Counted from the stretch's first letter, positions 8,384-19,600 are shown. The stretch is DNA of 64,000 nt from Candidatus Sericytochromatia bacterium (GCA_036676985.1 JAKFBU010000073.1:96001-160000); one strand, 5' to 3'. A program made the numbers and translations. The notes: generated from the letters alone by a model not told the origin.

Positions 8384-10679
8384 GGACCGTGTGCAGTCGC
8401 CGCAAGAGGACCAGGTGGGCCGCGTAGGCGAAGAGCAGGACGAGACCCAGAAGGAAGGCCACCGTGGGCCAGGGGTAGCGACCGACGAGGTACGAGATAC
8501 GCTCGAGCCAGCTCACCTTGCCCACCTCGAAGAAGGTGGAAGGCTCCTGGGCGGAGAGTTGTTCGGACTTCCAGTCCCAGACGACGAAGCTCCCGTGCAT
8601 GGCGCCCCACTGCTTGGGGTGGATCAGCTGCTGGACGCCTGCCTGCAGTTGGGAGCCGGTGCCCGCCGCGAAGGCCGTGACCGTCCGCGACGGCGCAAAG
8701 GGGCTCTCCATCTGGAAGCCGACGAGCTGATCACCCCAGGTCGCGTGGTAGGCAGCGGCGCTCCGCGCGCTCGAGTCGGTCTCGCTCCGGGCGGCCGGCT
8801 GAGACGAGAAGAAGCTCAGGGGCTGACCCAAGAGCGGCGCGAGGGCGTTCGGAATCATGGTGCCGCGCCCCTCGCCGAGCGGAGAGGCGGCCCGGACGCT
8901 CGCGGGCAGCTTGTCGGCAGGACCTATCATGAGCACGTTCTGGGCGGGTCGCTCGGGCGCGAAGCTGGCCGTGGCGTTGAAGAGCGGCAGCCCCGTGGTC
9001 TGGGCGAGCCGGCCCATGAGGGTCCAGGCGGCCGACAGGGTGCCGGGGTCCTTGGAGACCGGCCAGAGCATGGTCTCGAGGCCGTCGGGCTTGGCCGTGT
9101 AGGGAAAGCCCGAGCGCGACAGCAGGCTCAGGTTCGGCATGCGGACGTAGTGAGGGACCTCGGGCAGCTCGATCCACGAGTCCTCGTACAGCGTCATGAT
9201 GAGGTTGTCCGTCAGGACAGGCTTGCAGTCCCCGCTCTCCATGGGCAGGAACTTGGGCGCGAACGAGAGGACGTTGGCGCCGGACTGCAGGCTGCGCATG
9301 GGCATCTCGATGCGGTAGTCGTCCACGACCGTGCCGCGGGGCTCGTCCACCGGCACGGCCCGCGAGAACTGGCGGTTGAGCGAGACGTTCATCACGGAGT
9401 CCCGGCGCAGGCCCGCGCCGTGGGCGTAGTGCATGTGCAGGACGAGCTTGCTGTTCTCCCAGGGCATGAGGTCCGGCGGCACCGCGAACTCGAGCTGGCC
9501 GATCTCGCCGATGTAGCCGTTGAGCGTCTGGGTCTTGAAGCCGAGCTCGGCGAAGGTGTAGCGCCGGTTGGTCAGCATGTTCCGGCTGCCCGCGTAGTCG
9601 GGCCAGCGAGGCAGCTTCAGGTCCGTCACCAGGGTCTCGGAGGTCGGCGGGAAGGGCGTGTCCAGGAAGGCGAACGTCGAGGCCGCGAGGTCCACCTCTT
9701 GCGGGGTCCGACCCGAGACCACCACGATCACGTGCGCCGGATCGGCCTTCAGGGGGTAGACGCCGAGGAAGGCACCCGTGATCTTGCCCGCGAGCTCCGG
9801 GGCGAGGTAGGGCGAGAGGGACTCGCGGGTGCCGACCAGGAGCGAGTCGCCGCCCACGAGCGATCGCTCGTCGAGGGTCGGCAGGTGGACCGAGCCCGTG
9901 GCCGCCGAGCGCGCCGCCTCGTACTGGAAGCTCGTCGGCAGGTACTGGTAGCGAAGCGCCAGGCCCTGGGAGAGCAGGCTACCGGTCCAGAGCACCCGGT
10001 CGTCGATGCCCTGGGAAAGGGGAAAGACGAGCTTGAGGGAGCCCTGGCCGGGGTCCCGGGGGCTGAAGATGAGGTTGAGGTCCGCGAGGCGCGGCTTCAG
10101 GGGGGCCCCTTCGCCCTCGTAGCGGATGTAGGACTCGGTGGTGTCGATCTCGGTCCAGAGCTCGGGAGCGAAGGGATCCTCGCACTCCTCGTTCGTGTAG
10201 TGCTGCGCGACCCGGAACGAGAGCTTGTTGTAGGCGCCCTCGAGCCGGTCGACGGGAATGGGGATGTCGAGCGTGGTCTGGGGGCGATCGCCCTTCAAGG
10301 AGATCTGCTGGATCGTCCGGTCGTTGAGGCGGACGGCGAGCGCCGAGCGCTGGCCCACGAGCGAGACGGAGTTGGTCAGCGACAGGTGCAGCATGGCTGC
10401 GCGCAGCTTGGTGCGAGCCCGCACGGGCACGAAAACCGCATGCTCGCTGGAGGTGCGGACGAGCCGGATGTTCCCCGTCTGCTCGCTGAGCTTGCTGAGC
10501 GGGATACGCTCGCCGGCCGTCGGCAGGGTCGCGGCCGCCGGTGCGATCCTTTGCGGGGCGCGCTTCCCCGGCGCGGCTTCGACGGGCAGCGCGGCCCCCA
10601 CGACCTGGGCCGAGAGGACAAGGGCAGCGGCGACGAAGGAGAGAGCGGCACGGAGGCGAGACGACATGAAGCTACTCAT
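8352..10679 (-). CDS. bcsB: Cellulose synthase periplasmic subunit
   Basis: Signal peptide, C-EDP-xPELWTEID motif, C-terminal TM anchor; lies between bcsA and bcsZ. Confidence 0.9.
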   Translation of the reverse strand: MSSFMSSRLRAALSFVAAALVLSAQVVGAALPVEAAPGKRAPQRIAPAAATLPTAGERIPLSKLSEQTGNIRLVRTSSEHAVFVPVRARTKLRAAMLHLSLTNSVSLVGQRSALAVRLNDRTIQQISLKGDRPQTTLDIPIPVDRLEGAYNKLSFRVAQHYTNEECEDPFAPELWTEIDTTESYIRYEGEGAPLKPRLADLNLIFSPRDPGQGSLKLVFPLSQGIDDRVLWTGSLLSQGLALRYQYLPTSFQYEAARSAATGSVHLPTLDERSLVGGDSLLVGTRESLSPYLAPELAGKITGAFLGVYPLKADPAHVIVVVSGRTPQEVDLAASTFAFLDTPFPPTSETLVTDLKLPRWPDYAGSRNMLTNRRYTFAELGFKTQTLNGYIGEIGQLEFAVPPDLMPWENSKLVLHMHYAHGAGLRRDSVMNVSLNRQFSRAVPVDEPRGTVVDDYRIEMPMRSLQSGANVLSFAPKFLPMESGDCKPVLTDNLIMTLYEDSWIELPEVPHYVRMPNLSLLSRSGFPYTAKPDGLETMLWPVSKDPGTLSAAWTLMGRLAQTTGLPLFNATASFAPERPAQNVLMIGPADKLPASVRAASPLGEGRGTMIPNALAPLLGQPLSFFSSQPAARSETDSSARSAAAYHATWGDQLVGFQMESPFAPSRTVTAFAAGTGSQLQAGVQQLIHPKQWGAMHGSFVVWDWKSEQLSAQEPSTFFEVGKVSWLERISYLVGRYPWPTVAFLLGLVLLFAYAAHLVLLRRLHTVHGDGVQDARG

Positions 10680-12931
10680 TTCAGGGCAGGGACCCGACGG
10701 ACGGTACGAACGAGGGAGTTACCGATGAGCAGCAATCGCTGCCCCGCATCCAGGAGAAAGGCCCTGACATGGTCCCCATTGTACTTGGTTCCCAAGAGGA
10801 CGACGAACCAAAACGAGCGCATGATGCCGGGGCTCGCCTGTCGCGACTCCTGATAGGTGCGCCAGCGTTCGCTGTCCCCGTGCGTGAGGGTGATGACCCG
10901 CCTCCGTGCTTCAACCGTGTCGGTGACGAAGCGGACTCCCCAGCCGATGGTGCCGTCGGGCAGGGAGCGACGGTTCAGGACCTGGACGGGCAGGACGCTC
11001 TCGGCTTGCCGCGCCACGTCGTGGACCCGCAGGGCCAAGAGATCCGAGGGTGGGGCGAGGACGCCGGGCGGGATGATGAGGTAGGCCCCGCCGACCGAGA
11101 GGTCGCGGATCCGGCAGGCGATAGGCTTGCTCTCGGGATGCTCGAGCAGAGCCGCCATGTCCGCCGGCATACGGGGGTTGGCGCGGCGCTGGCGACGCTC
11201 GTAGAGGACGCCGTTCGCGGCGTTCAGCATGACGAGGTTGAACGTCTCCCAGGCCATGGTGAGGACGGTGACGACGCGATCGCCCGGAAACTCGAACCAC
11301 CGGCGCACCCCGAGCACCAGCGCCAGGATGGTGACGAGGTAGAGCGGGTAGAAGGGGCCCGAGAGGTCCGAGACGAAATCCCGATCCGAGAATTCGCCCT
11401 TGGGCGTCACGGTGAAAGTCGGCGCCCAGGGGTTGAGGAACACCTTCACGATGGCCGGGAAGGCGAACGTGGCCTGGAGCAGCTCGTAGACCTCCGAGAT
11501 GAAGGTCCAGCGGGACTTGCCGAACAGGAAGTCCGCCACGAGCACGTTGGTGATGACGTAGGGCAGGGCGTAGGCGAGGTACGCGATGGGCGTGGTGTGA
11601 TAAATCTTCAGGCCCAGGATCAAGAAGGCCGCAGGCGCCACCAGGAAGACCAGGCGGGCGTAGCCGAAGAGCCAGAAGAAGCAGCTGCCGAAGTAGCACA
11701 GGCGCTGTGCCAGGCTGAGGCCGGGGTAGAGGAGCGGGTTGCGCAGCAGGAAGATCTGGATCATCCCCTGCGCCCAGCGCACGCGCTGGGTGACGAAACC
11801 GCTGAACGTCTCGGGCTGCAGCCCCGAGATGAGCACCTCGTTGAGGTAGATGCTGCGATAGCCCTTGGCGTGCAACCGGATGGAGGTCTCGGCGTCCTCG
11901 GTGATGGTCACGCCGCTGATGCCGCCCACCTCGTCCAGCTGCCTTCGCCTCAAGATGGCGGCGGATCCGCAGAACTGGGCGGCGTTCCAGAAGTCGAGCC
12001 CCTGCTGGATGACGCCGTGGAACATCTCGTTCTCGCTCGGGATGCGGCCGAAGATGTCGTGGTTCTTCTCCAGGGGGTCCGGGTTGATGAAGAAGTGCGG
12101 GGTCTGGACCATGTAGACCAGGGGATCGGCCTGGAAGAAGCCCACCGTCTTCTCCAGGAAGTCCGCCGTCGGGATGTGGTCGGCGTCCAGGATGAGGACC
12201 AGGTCGCCCCGGGTGTGCTGCAGGGCCTCGTTGAGGTTGCCGGCCTTCGAGCTGACGTTGCGCGGGCGCGTGAGGTAGGTGACGCCGATCTGCTCGCAGA
12301 GGGCCTGGCAGCTTGCTCGGCGCTCCTTCGCCCGGCGGGCGAGCTCGGGATCGGGGCTCAGGAGGCGCTCGTCGGTGCCGCCGTCGTCGCACAGGTAAAC
12401 GCGCAGCTTGTGCTGGGGGTAGCGCATGGCGGTCGCGGCGACGAGCGTGACCTCGAGCAGTTCCAGCGACTCGTTGTAGCTCGGCACGAGCACGTCGACC
12501 GAGGGCCAGGACTCGGCGGGGCCGCTGGGCGGGCACGGCTTGCGGCGGATGGGCAGGGCGTTCGAGAAGAAGCCGAGGAACAGCACGATGATGGCGTAGA
12601 GCTCGGCCAGGAAGAGCGCGATCATGGCCGAGCTGCTCAGCCAGTCGTTCCAGTAGATGGTGTTGGTCACGCGCCACACGAAGTAGCGCGCCGTCAAGAC
12701 GCCCGCGAGCGCGAGGAAGAGGGTGCGCGTGAAGCCATTCTGGGGCAGGCGCCGCAGGAGGAAGAGGACGGCGAGGACGCTGACGGCGACGCAGAGCTCG
12801 ACAGGGGAGTCGAAGGGAATGAAGGCGAATAACACGAGGAGCAGGAGGCCGACGACGTAAGCCACCTTGACGCCCGGACGCTGCTTGTACGGCGCACTGG
12901 CTGCCGATGCGTCATTCATGGGCAGCGGCAC
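10676..12931 (-). CDS. bcsA: Cellulose synthase catalytic subunit (GT2 + PilZ)
   Basis: DDG, KAGNLN, DAD, QTPH, FCGS, TED, QRVRW motifs; PilZ RxxxR (RANPR) and DLSVGG. Confidence 0.96.
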   Translation of the reverse strand: MPLPMNDASAASAPYKQRPGVKVAYVVGLLLLVLFAFIPFDSPVELCVAVSVLAVLFLLRRLPQNGFTRTLFLALAGVLTARYFVWRVTNTIYWNDWLSSSAMIALFLAELYAIIVLFLGFFSNALPIRRKPCPPSGPAESWPSVDVLVPSYNESLELLEVTLVAATAMRYPQHKLRVYLCDDGGTDERLLSPDPELARRAKERRASCQALCEQIGVTYLTRPRNVSSKAGNLNEALQHTRGDLVLILDADHIPTADFLEKTVGFFQADPLVYMVQTPHFFINPDPLEKNHDIFGRIPSENEMFHGVIQQGLDFWNAAQFCGSAAILRRRQLDEVGGISGVTITEDAETSIRLHAKGYRSIYLNEVLISGLQPETFSGFVTQRVRWAQGMIQIFLLRNPLLYPGLSLAQRLCYFGSCFFWLFGYARLVFLVAPAAFLILGLKIYHTTPIAYLAYALPYVITNVLVADFLFGKSRWTFISEVYELLQATFAFPAIVKVFLNPWAPTFTVTPKGEFSDRDFVSDLSGPFYPLYLVTILALVLGVRRWFEFPGDRVVTVLTMAWETFNLVMLNAANGVLYERRQRRANPRMPADMAALLEHPESKPIACRIRDLSVGGAYLIIPPGVLAPPSDLLALRVHDVARQAESVLPVQVLNRRSLPDGTIGWGVRFVTDTVEARRRVITLTHGDSERWRTYQESRQASPGIMRSFWFVVLLGTKYNGDHVRAFLLDAGQRLLLIGNSLVRTVRRVPALK

Positions 12932-13071
12932 GTCCTCCTCAGCCTCGATGGGTGAGGCCCGGAGTGCCTCGATCCCCTAATCAGCAAGTAACAGCCCCAT
13001 TATGCCCCAAAGCGGCAAGCTGCCACTGCTGATTTAGCCAAGCTTTGCGCTAGATTCACCCAACCCTCACG

Positions 13072-13100
13072 CGCCGCATGGCCCGGCGGGCCATGCGGCG
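13072..13100. terminator. GC-rich hairpin downstream of the oxidoreductase operon
   Basis: CGCCGCATGGCCC-GGC-GGGCCATGCGGCG. Confidence 0.55.
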
Positions 13101-13130
13101 GTCGGCAAACGCACGAGAACCGCCAGGCGC

Positions 13131-13685
13131 CTACCGGGCCGGCGCCATCCGGCCGTACTCCATCCCACGTTCGATGGCCGCGCGGTTGACGGGCACGAAG
13201 CGGACCTTGTCCTCGCCCATCACCTTGATCATCGCCTTGAGGACCGTCTCCGGCTCCACCATGGGCACCGCTGCGATGAGCGCCCCCAGGGCCACCATGT
13301 TCGCGAACTTGGGGCTGCCGAGCTCCGAGGCGAGGTCCGTGGCCGGCAGCGCGATGACCGTCAGGTCCCGGCGCGTCGCCGGTTTGTCGCACAGGGACGT
13401 GTTGACGACGAGCACCCCGGCCTTCTGGATCGCCGGCTCAAACTTGTCGAGCGACGGCTGGTTCATCACGATGCAGGCCGTCGGCTCGGTCACCAGCGTA
13501 CAGGCGATCGGGCGATCGCTGACGACCACCGAGCAGTTGGCAGTACCGCCCCGCTGCTCGGGGCCGTAGGCCGGGACCCAAGAGACCTGCTTGCCTTCGA
13601 AGTTGCCGGCATAGGCCAGGAGCTGCCCCGCCGTCAGGACGCCCTGCCCCCCGAAGCCCGCGATGAGGATCTCATGCGTGAACAT
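13131..13685 (-). CDS. 2-oxoacid:ferredoxin oxidoreductase gamma subunit
   Basis: AGFGGQGVL, YGPEQRGG, NMVALGA motifs. Confidence 0.92.
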   Translation of the reverse strand: MFTHEILIAGFGGQGVLTAGQLLAYAGNFEGKQVSWVPAYGPEQRGGTANCSVVVSDRPIACTLVTEPTACIVMNQPSLDKFEPAIQKAGVLVVNTSLCDKPATRRDLTVIALPATDLASELGSPKFANMVALGALIAAVPMVEPETVLKAMIKVMGEDKVRFVPVNRAAIERGMEYGRMAPAR

Positions 13686-14430
13686 CGGCCACCTCCTTGG
13701 TCAGATCCTTGAGCTCGCCGAGCGGAAAGGCCGGTACGAGGTCGTTCATAACGTACTGGTTGGCCTCTTCCGGGCTGATGCCCCAGTTGGTCGGGCAGTT
13801 GCCGAGCACCTCGACCATCGAGAAGCCGAGGCCCTTTAGCTGGGACTCGAAGGCCTTCTTGAGCGCGCGCTTGGTCTTGACGATGTTGCCGAGGTCCGCC
13901 ACGTGAGTCCGGGCCACGTACACCGCCCCGGGCGTCTGGGCCAGGATCTCGGCCATGCGGTAGGGCATGCCGGCCTCGGGCCCGCGGCCGTTGGGCGTGG
14001 TCGCCGTCACGGCGCCCATGAGGGTCGTGGGCGACATCTGGCCGCCCGTCATGCCGTAGATGGTGTTGTTGTACATGATGGCCGTGATCTTCTCGCCGCG
14101 GGCCGCCGCGTGCAGGATCTCGGCCGTGCCGATGGCCGCCATGTCCCCGTCCCCCTGGTAGGTGAAGACCGTCAGGTTCGGGTTCGCCCGCTTGACGCCC
14201 GTGGCGACGGCGGGCGCTCGGCCATGCGGAGCCTGGACGAAGTCCGTCTCGAAGTAGTTGTAGGCGAGCACCGAGCAGCCCACCGAGGCGACGCCGACCG
14301 TCGACTCGCGGACGCCCAATTCGTCGAGGACCTCGGCCACCAAGCGATGCAGCACCCCGTGGCTGCAGCCCGGGCAGTAGTGCGTGCTCACCTTGGAGAG
14401 CGAGTCGGGAATGCCGATGATCTGCTTCAT
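13672..14430 (-). CDS. 2-oxoacid:ferredoxin oxidoreductase beta (TPP-binding) subunit
   Basis: True start MKQIIG; YCPGCSHG, HGRA, QGDGD...NN, YGMTGGQ, CPTNW motifs. Confidence 0.93.
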   Translation of the reverse strand: MKQIIGIPDSLSKVSTHYCPGCSHGVLHRLVAEVLDELGVRESTVGVASVGCSVLAYNYFETDFVQAPHGRAPAVATGVKRANPNLTVFTYQGDGDMAAIGTAEILHAAARGEKITAIMYNNTIYGMTGGQMSPTTLMGAVTATTPNGRGPEAGMPYRMAEILAQTPGAVYVARTHVADLGNIVKTKRALKKAFESQLKGLGFSMVEVLGNCPTNWGISPEEANQYVMNDLVPAFPLGELKDLTKEVADVHA

Positions 14431-15497
14431 TGCGAACCCCCTCCCAGGAGCGACTGGATCTGGTCGAGCACCTCGCGCGGCGTGGGCACGATGCCCCCGT
14501 AGCGCCCGTAGAAGTGCACCTCGGCGCGGCCCAGGACGGCGAGGCGCACGTCCTCGACCATCTGACCCGCGGACATCTCGACCGCGAGGAAGCGGGACGC
14601 CGGGCCCTCGGCCATGCGCGCGAGCGGCTCGGACGGGAACGGCCAGACGGTGACGGGCCGCAGGAGCCCGACCTTGAGGCCGAGCTGCCGGGCGGCATCC
14701 ACCGCCGCGCGGCAGATGCGCGCCGTGGTGCCGTAGGCCACCAGCACGAGCTCCGCGTCCGCGCATTGGTACTCCTCGTACCGGCACTCGGCCTCCATCA
14801 GCCTGAACTTGGCCTGGAGCTTGTGGTTGTGCTGCTCGAGCGCCTCGGCGTTCAGGTTGAGCGAGGTGAAGATGCGCTTGGCGCGTCCCTTGGCACCCGT
14901 GAGGCCGTCGTCGCGCGTGGGCGTTCGCTCCTGCAGCGCGGGGAACGCGACGGGCTCCATGGTCTGGCCCAACAGGCCGTCGCCGAGGATGCCCACCGGG
15001 TTTCGGTACTTGTCCGCGAGGTCGAAGGCCAGGGCCGTCAGATCGACCAGCTCCTGCACCGTGGAAGGCGCCAGGCTGATGAGGCGGTAGTCGCCCTGAC
15101 CGCCGCCCTTGACCATCTGGAAGTAGTCGGCCTGCGACGGCTGGATGTTGCCGAGGCCCGGCCCGCCCCGCATGACGTTGACGACGACGGCCGGCAGCTC
15201 CGAGCCGACCATGTAGCTGATGCCCTCCTGCTTGAGCGAGAAGCCCGGGCTCGAGCTCGAGGTCATCACCCGCACGCCGGCCGCGCTCGCTCCGAGCACC
15301 ATGTTGATGGCCGCAAGCTCCGACTCCGCTTGCAGGTAGCAGCCGCCCACCTCGGGCATGCGCCGGGCCATGTAGGCGGGCAGCTCGCTCTGGGGCGTGA
15401 TCGGGTAGCCGAAGAAGTGGCGGCAGCCGGCGCGGATGGCGGCCTCGCCCAGTGCCTCGTTCCCCTTGACCATCGTGAGTTCCATCGTGGCGGTCAT
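14427..15497 (-). CDS. vorB: 2-oxoacid (2-ketoisovalerate-type):ferredoxin oxidoreductase alpha subunit
   Basis: KGNEA, FGYPITPQSE, QAESE, SSSPGFSLKQEG, RGGPGLG motifs. Confidence 0.9.
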   Translation of the reverse strand: MTATMELTMVKGNEALGEAAIRAGCRHFFGYPITPQSELPAYMARRMPEVGGCYLQAESELAAINMVLGASAAGVRVMTSSSSPGFSLKQEGISYMVGSELPAVVVNVMRGGPGLGNIQPSQADYFQMVKGGGQGDYRLISLAPSTVQELVDLTALAFDLADKYRNPVGILGDGLLGQTMEPVAFPALQERTPTRDDGLTGAKGRAKRIFTSLNLNAEALEQHNHKLQAKFRLMEAECRYEEYQCADAELVLVAYGTTARICRAAVDAARQLGLKVGLLRPVTVWPFPSEPLARMAEGPASRFLAVEMSAGQMVEDVRLAVLGRAEVHFYGRYGGIVPTPREVLDQIQSLLGGGSQ

Positions 15498-15506
15498 GGG
15501 GTCCTC

Positions 15507-15719
15507 CTAGGCCAGCTGGTAGATGGTGAAGACCGCGTCGGGGCAGACCATGGCGCAGGCTTTGCAGCCGGTGCACTTCTCGGGCTCGACGACGGAGGTG
15601 GGCTTGTATCCGAGGGCGTTGATGTGGCTCGCCATGGCCAGGACCTGCTTCTTGCAGGCCTTGACGCAGAGCTCACAACCCTTGCAGTGGTTCTCGTTCA
15701 GCTCTAGTTGAAATCGCAA
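15507..15719 (-). CDS. 2[4Fe-4S] ferredoxin (delta subunit)
   Basis: CKGCELCVKAC and CTGCKACAMVCP; TTG start after a GGAGATAGG SD-like run. Confidence 0.92.
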   Translation of the reverse strand: MRFQLELNENHCKGCELCVKACKKQVLAMASHINALGYKPTSVVEPEKCTGCKACAMVCPDAVFTIYQLA

Positions 15720-15723
15720 GGTC

Positions 15724-16410
15724 CTATCTCCCTGGTAGCCCCGCCACCGGGAGCTCCCAGGGGGGGCGCATCCGGAGGTGCAGGGGCATGACCTCCAGAT
15801 CGGGTAGCTGTGCGGCGATGGCCGCCGTGGCGGTGGAAGTGACGACGGGCAGGCCCATGGCGTCGGCTGCCGCCTGCACCACGCGCAGACCGTCGCGGAC
15901 GTGCACGGGACGCGTCCGGTCCCCGGCGTTGGCGTTGTTGATGAGGCCCGTGAAGGAGACCCGCGCGACGCCTTGCAGCCAACGGGCGTACGCGATGACC
16001 TCGTCCACCGTGCCCGTGCCGGGCCGGTAGGGATTGACGACCATGTAGGCCTGGTACGGGCCCGCGGCAAGGCGACCAGCGAGGCTGCCGACGACCCGGG
16101 CCCCTTCGTCGCCGCCGACGTCGGCGCAGACGTCCCCCGGATGGTGCGTGAGCGCCTGGACGGCCCGCGCGGTCACGACCGGCAGGTCGGAACGGGCGAG
16201 CTCCCCGTCGGGGGCGACGACGTCGACGCCCCGATCCGCCAGGTCGAGCGCCACGTCGCGCGATCGGAAGTAAGGGGTGATGAAGTCCAGGTCCAGGAGC
16301 AGGGGGCGCTGGCCCGAAGCTGCCGAGGACAGGGCGTAGGCGATGGCGACCTCGGTCTTGCCCGACCCGAAGTGGCCCAAGAAGAGCGTGCGCATGGACA
16401 TGCGCTCCAT
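15724..16410 (-). CDS. Uncharacterised P-loop NTPase heading the oxidoreductase operon
   Basis: Walker A GHFGSGKT, DLDxxxPYFRSR, DVGGD. Confidence 0.75.
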   Translation of the reverse strand: MERMSMRTLFLGHFGSGKTEVAIAYALSSAASGQRPLLLDLDFITPYFRSRDVALDLADRGVDVVAPDGELARSDLPVVTARAVQALTHHPGDVCADVGGDEGARVVGSLAGRLAAGPYQAYMVVNPYRPGTGTVDEVIAYARWLQGVARVSFTGLINNANAGDRTRPVHVRDGLRVVQAAADAMGLPVVTSTATAAIAAQLPDLEVMPLHLRMRPPWELPVAGLPGR

Positions 16411-16580
16411 CTCCCTTCTGGCCGGCCGCATCGTTGAGAGCCCTACCCGGCCTGGGGCTGATCAGGCCTATTCTAGCCCCAGTGAGCGAGCGAGACCTTC
16501 CGTAGTTACTACCGCAAGGCGCGCGGACGGGCCGGGCGCGAGAAGGGCGCGATCTTCCGGTTCAACCTGCCCTGGAGCCC

Positions 16581-16627
16581 GCGAGCCGGGAACAGGCGGC
16601 CTCCGGCTCGTCCTGTTCCCGGCTCGC
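16581..16627. terminator. 16-bp inverted repeat after the RND gene
   Basis: GCGAGCCGGGAACAGG ... CCTGTTCCCGGCTCGC. Confidence 0.55.
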
Positions 16628-16631
16628 GCCG

Positions 16632-19600
16632 CTATGGGGTGGGGGCCGCGGGCGCGGCCTCCCGGGCAGGAGGCGGCGTCGGGTGCCCGCGACGGCCGAT
16701 CCGCCGCTGCACGCCGTCGAGGTAGACGTAGATGACGGGCGTCAGGTACAGGGTCAAGACCTGCGAGACCAAGAGACCACCGAAGACCGCGAGGCCCAGC
16801 GGCTGACGCGCCTCGGCGCCCGCTCCGTGGCCCAAGGCGATGGGCAGGGCCCCCGCCAGGGCCGCGAAGGTCGTCATCATGATGGGGCGGAAGCGCACCC
16901 GGCAGGCCTCGTAGATGGCCTCCGAGGCCGAGAGCCCCCGGCTCTTCTGGGCCTCCAGCGCGAAGTCGATCAGCATGATGGCGTTCTTCTTCACGATGCC
17001 GATGAGCATGATGAGGCCCACGAAGCCGTAGATGTCCAGGTCCTTCTGGAAGAGCCACAGCGTCAGCAAGGCGCCCATGCCGGCCGACGGCAGACCCGAG
17101 AGGACCGTCAGCGGGTGGATGAAGCTCTCGTAGAGGATGCCAAGCACGATGTAGATGACGACGATGGCCAAGAGCAAGAGCCAGCCCATGTTGCCCATGG
17201 ACTGCTGGAAGACCTGGGCCGAGCCCTGGAAGCTCGCATCCACGCTCTCGGGCAGGACCATGCGCGCGATGTCCTCGACCTTCTCGGTGGCCTGGCTCAG
17301 GGCGACCCCGGGCTTGAGGTTGAAGGAGATGGTCGTGGACGGCATCTGGCCGAGGTGCGTCACGCTGGTGGGCCCGAGGCTCGGCACGATCTTGGCGACC
17401 GAGCCTAGGGGCACGAGCTTGCCCGTGGTCGAGCGGACGTACAGCGACGAGAGCGCGCTCGGGTCCGCCTGGAACTCGGGCAGGACCTCGAGGATGACGT
17501 TGTATTGGTTGGTCGGCGCGTAGATCTCGGAGACCTGGCGGTTGCCGTAGGCGTTCGCGAGGGCCTGTTCGACCTGGGAGGTGGTGACGCCCAGGGCCGA
17601 GGCCTGGTCCCGGTCGATGGCGACCGTCACCTGCGGGTTGCGCAGGTCGAGCTCGCTGGTGACGTCCGTGAGCTCCGAGAGGTCGCGCAGGCGCTCCTCG
17701 AGCTCACCGGCGCCGCGGTAGAGCTCGGGCAGGTTGGTGCCCGTCAACGTCAGCTGGTAGAGGCTCTTGGAGTTCATGCCGCCGATGCGGATGGACGGCG
17801 GAGTCTGGAGGAAGACCCGGATGCCGGGCACCTCGGCGAACTTGGGCCGCAGCTGGGCGATCACCTGGTCGGAGCTGAGCTTGCGCTCGGACCGGGGTTT
17901 GAGCCGGATGATCAGGCGCCCACGGTTGGCCGAGGCGTTCGGACCGCCCGCGCCCACGCTGGACATGACGCCTTCGACGTTGGGGTTCTGGAGGGCGATC
18001 GCGGCGACCTGCTGTTGGTGCGCCTTCATGTCGTCGAAGGAGATGCCCTGGGGGCCCTCGGTGGTGCCCTGGAGCTGGTTGATGTCCTCGGTGGGGATGA
18101 AGCCCTTGGGCACGGCCGTGAAGAGGTAAGCCGTGAAGACCAGGAGCACGCCCGAGGCGATGAGCGTCGTCAGGCGGTGCTTCAGCACCCAGCGAAGGCC
18201 CCCGTCGTACAGGGCGAGCGCCCCGTCGAAGACGGCCTCCAGCGCGCGATAGAAGCGACCATGCCGCTCCTTGGCCGGATCCTTGAGGAAACGGCTCGCG
18301 AGCATGGGCGTGAGGGTGAGGGACACGAGGCCCGACACCAGGATGGCCGCGCTGATGGTGATGGCGAACTCGTTGAAGAGCCGGCCCACGATGCCGCCCA
18401 TGAAGAGGACGGGGATGAAGACGGCCACCAGCGAGATGGTCATAGCGAGGATCGTGAAGCCGATCTCGCGCGCGCCCGCGAGGGCGGCCTCCATGCGGCT
18501 CTCGCCCGCCTCCATGCGCCGCACGATGTTCTCCAGGACGACGATGGCGTCGTCCACGACGAAGCCCGTGGCGAGCGTCAGCGCCATGAGGGAGATGTTG
18601 TTCAGCGTGAAGCCCATCATGTGCATGACGGCGAAGGCCGCGATGATCGAGGCGGGCAGGGCCAGGCTCGGGATGATGGTGGCGGACAGGTTCCTCAGGA
18701 AGAGGAAGATGACCATGATGACCAGGCCGGTCGTGAGCACCAGCGTGAACTGGACGTCGTGGACCGAGGCCCGGATCGTCTCCGAGCGGTTGAAGACCGT
18801 CTCGAGGTTGACCGAGGCCGGCAGCTGCTCGCGCACGCTGGGCAGCAGCTCCATGATGCCGTCCACGACCGCGACGGTGTTGGCGCCGGGCTGGCGCTGG
18901 ACGGCGAGCACGACGCCGCGCTTGCCGTTGTACCAGCTCGCCTGACGGACGTTCTCGACGCTGTCGATGATCCGGCCGAGCTCCTCCAGGCGCACGGGCG
19001 AGCCGTTGCGGTAGCTGACGATGAGCTTGCGGTAGGCCTCGGCGTCGTTGAGCTGGCCGTTGGTCTGGATGGTCAGCGCGCGCTGGGCGCCGTTCAAGGT
19101 GCCCGTGGGACCGTTGGAGTTGCCCTGCTGGATGGCCTGGGCCACCTCGTCGATGCCGATGCCGCGCGAGGCAAGGGCGTTGGGATCGAGCTGGGCCCGG
19201 ACGGCGTACTTCTGCGAGCCGAAGACGTTGACCTCGGCCACGCCGTCCACGGTCGAGAGGCGCTGGGCCACGGTGGTCTGCGCGTACTCGTCCACCTCGG
19301 ACAGGGGCAGGGTCTCCGAGTTCAGGGAAAGGAAGAGGATGGGCGACGCGGCAGGGTTGACCTTGCGGAAGGAGGGCGGGTTCGGCATGCCCTGCGGCAG
19401 GCGCGTGGACGAGATGGCCGTCTGGACGTCCTGAGCGGCCGCGTCGATGTCGCGCTCCAGCTTGAACTGGAGCGTGATCTGGGTCGAGTTCTGGTTGCTC
19501 GAGGACGTGATGGACTCGATGCCCGGGATGGTCATGAACCGCCGCTCCAGGGGCGTCGCCACAGCGGCCGCCATGGTCTCGGGGTTGGCGCCGGGCAGGT

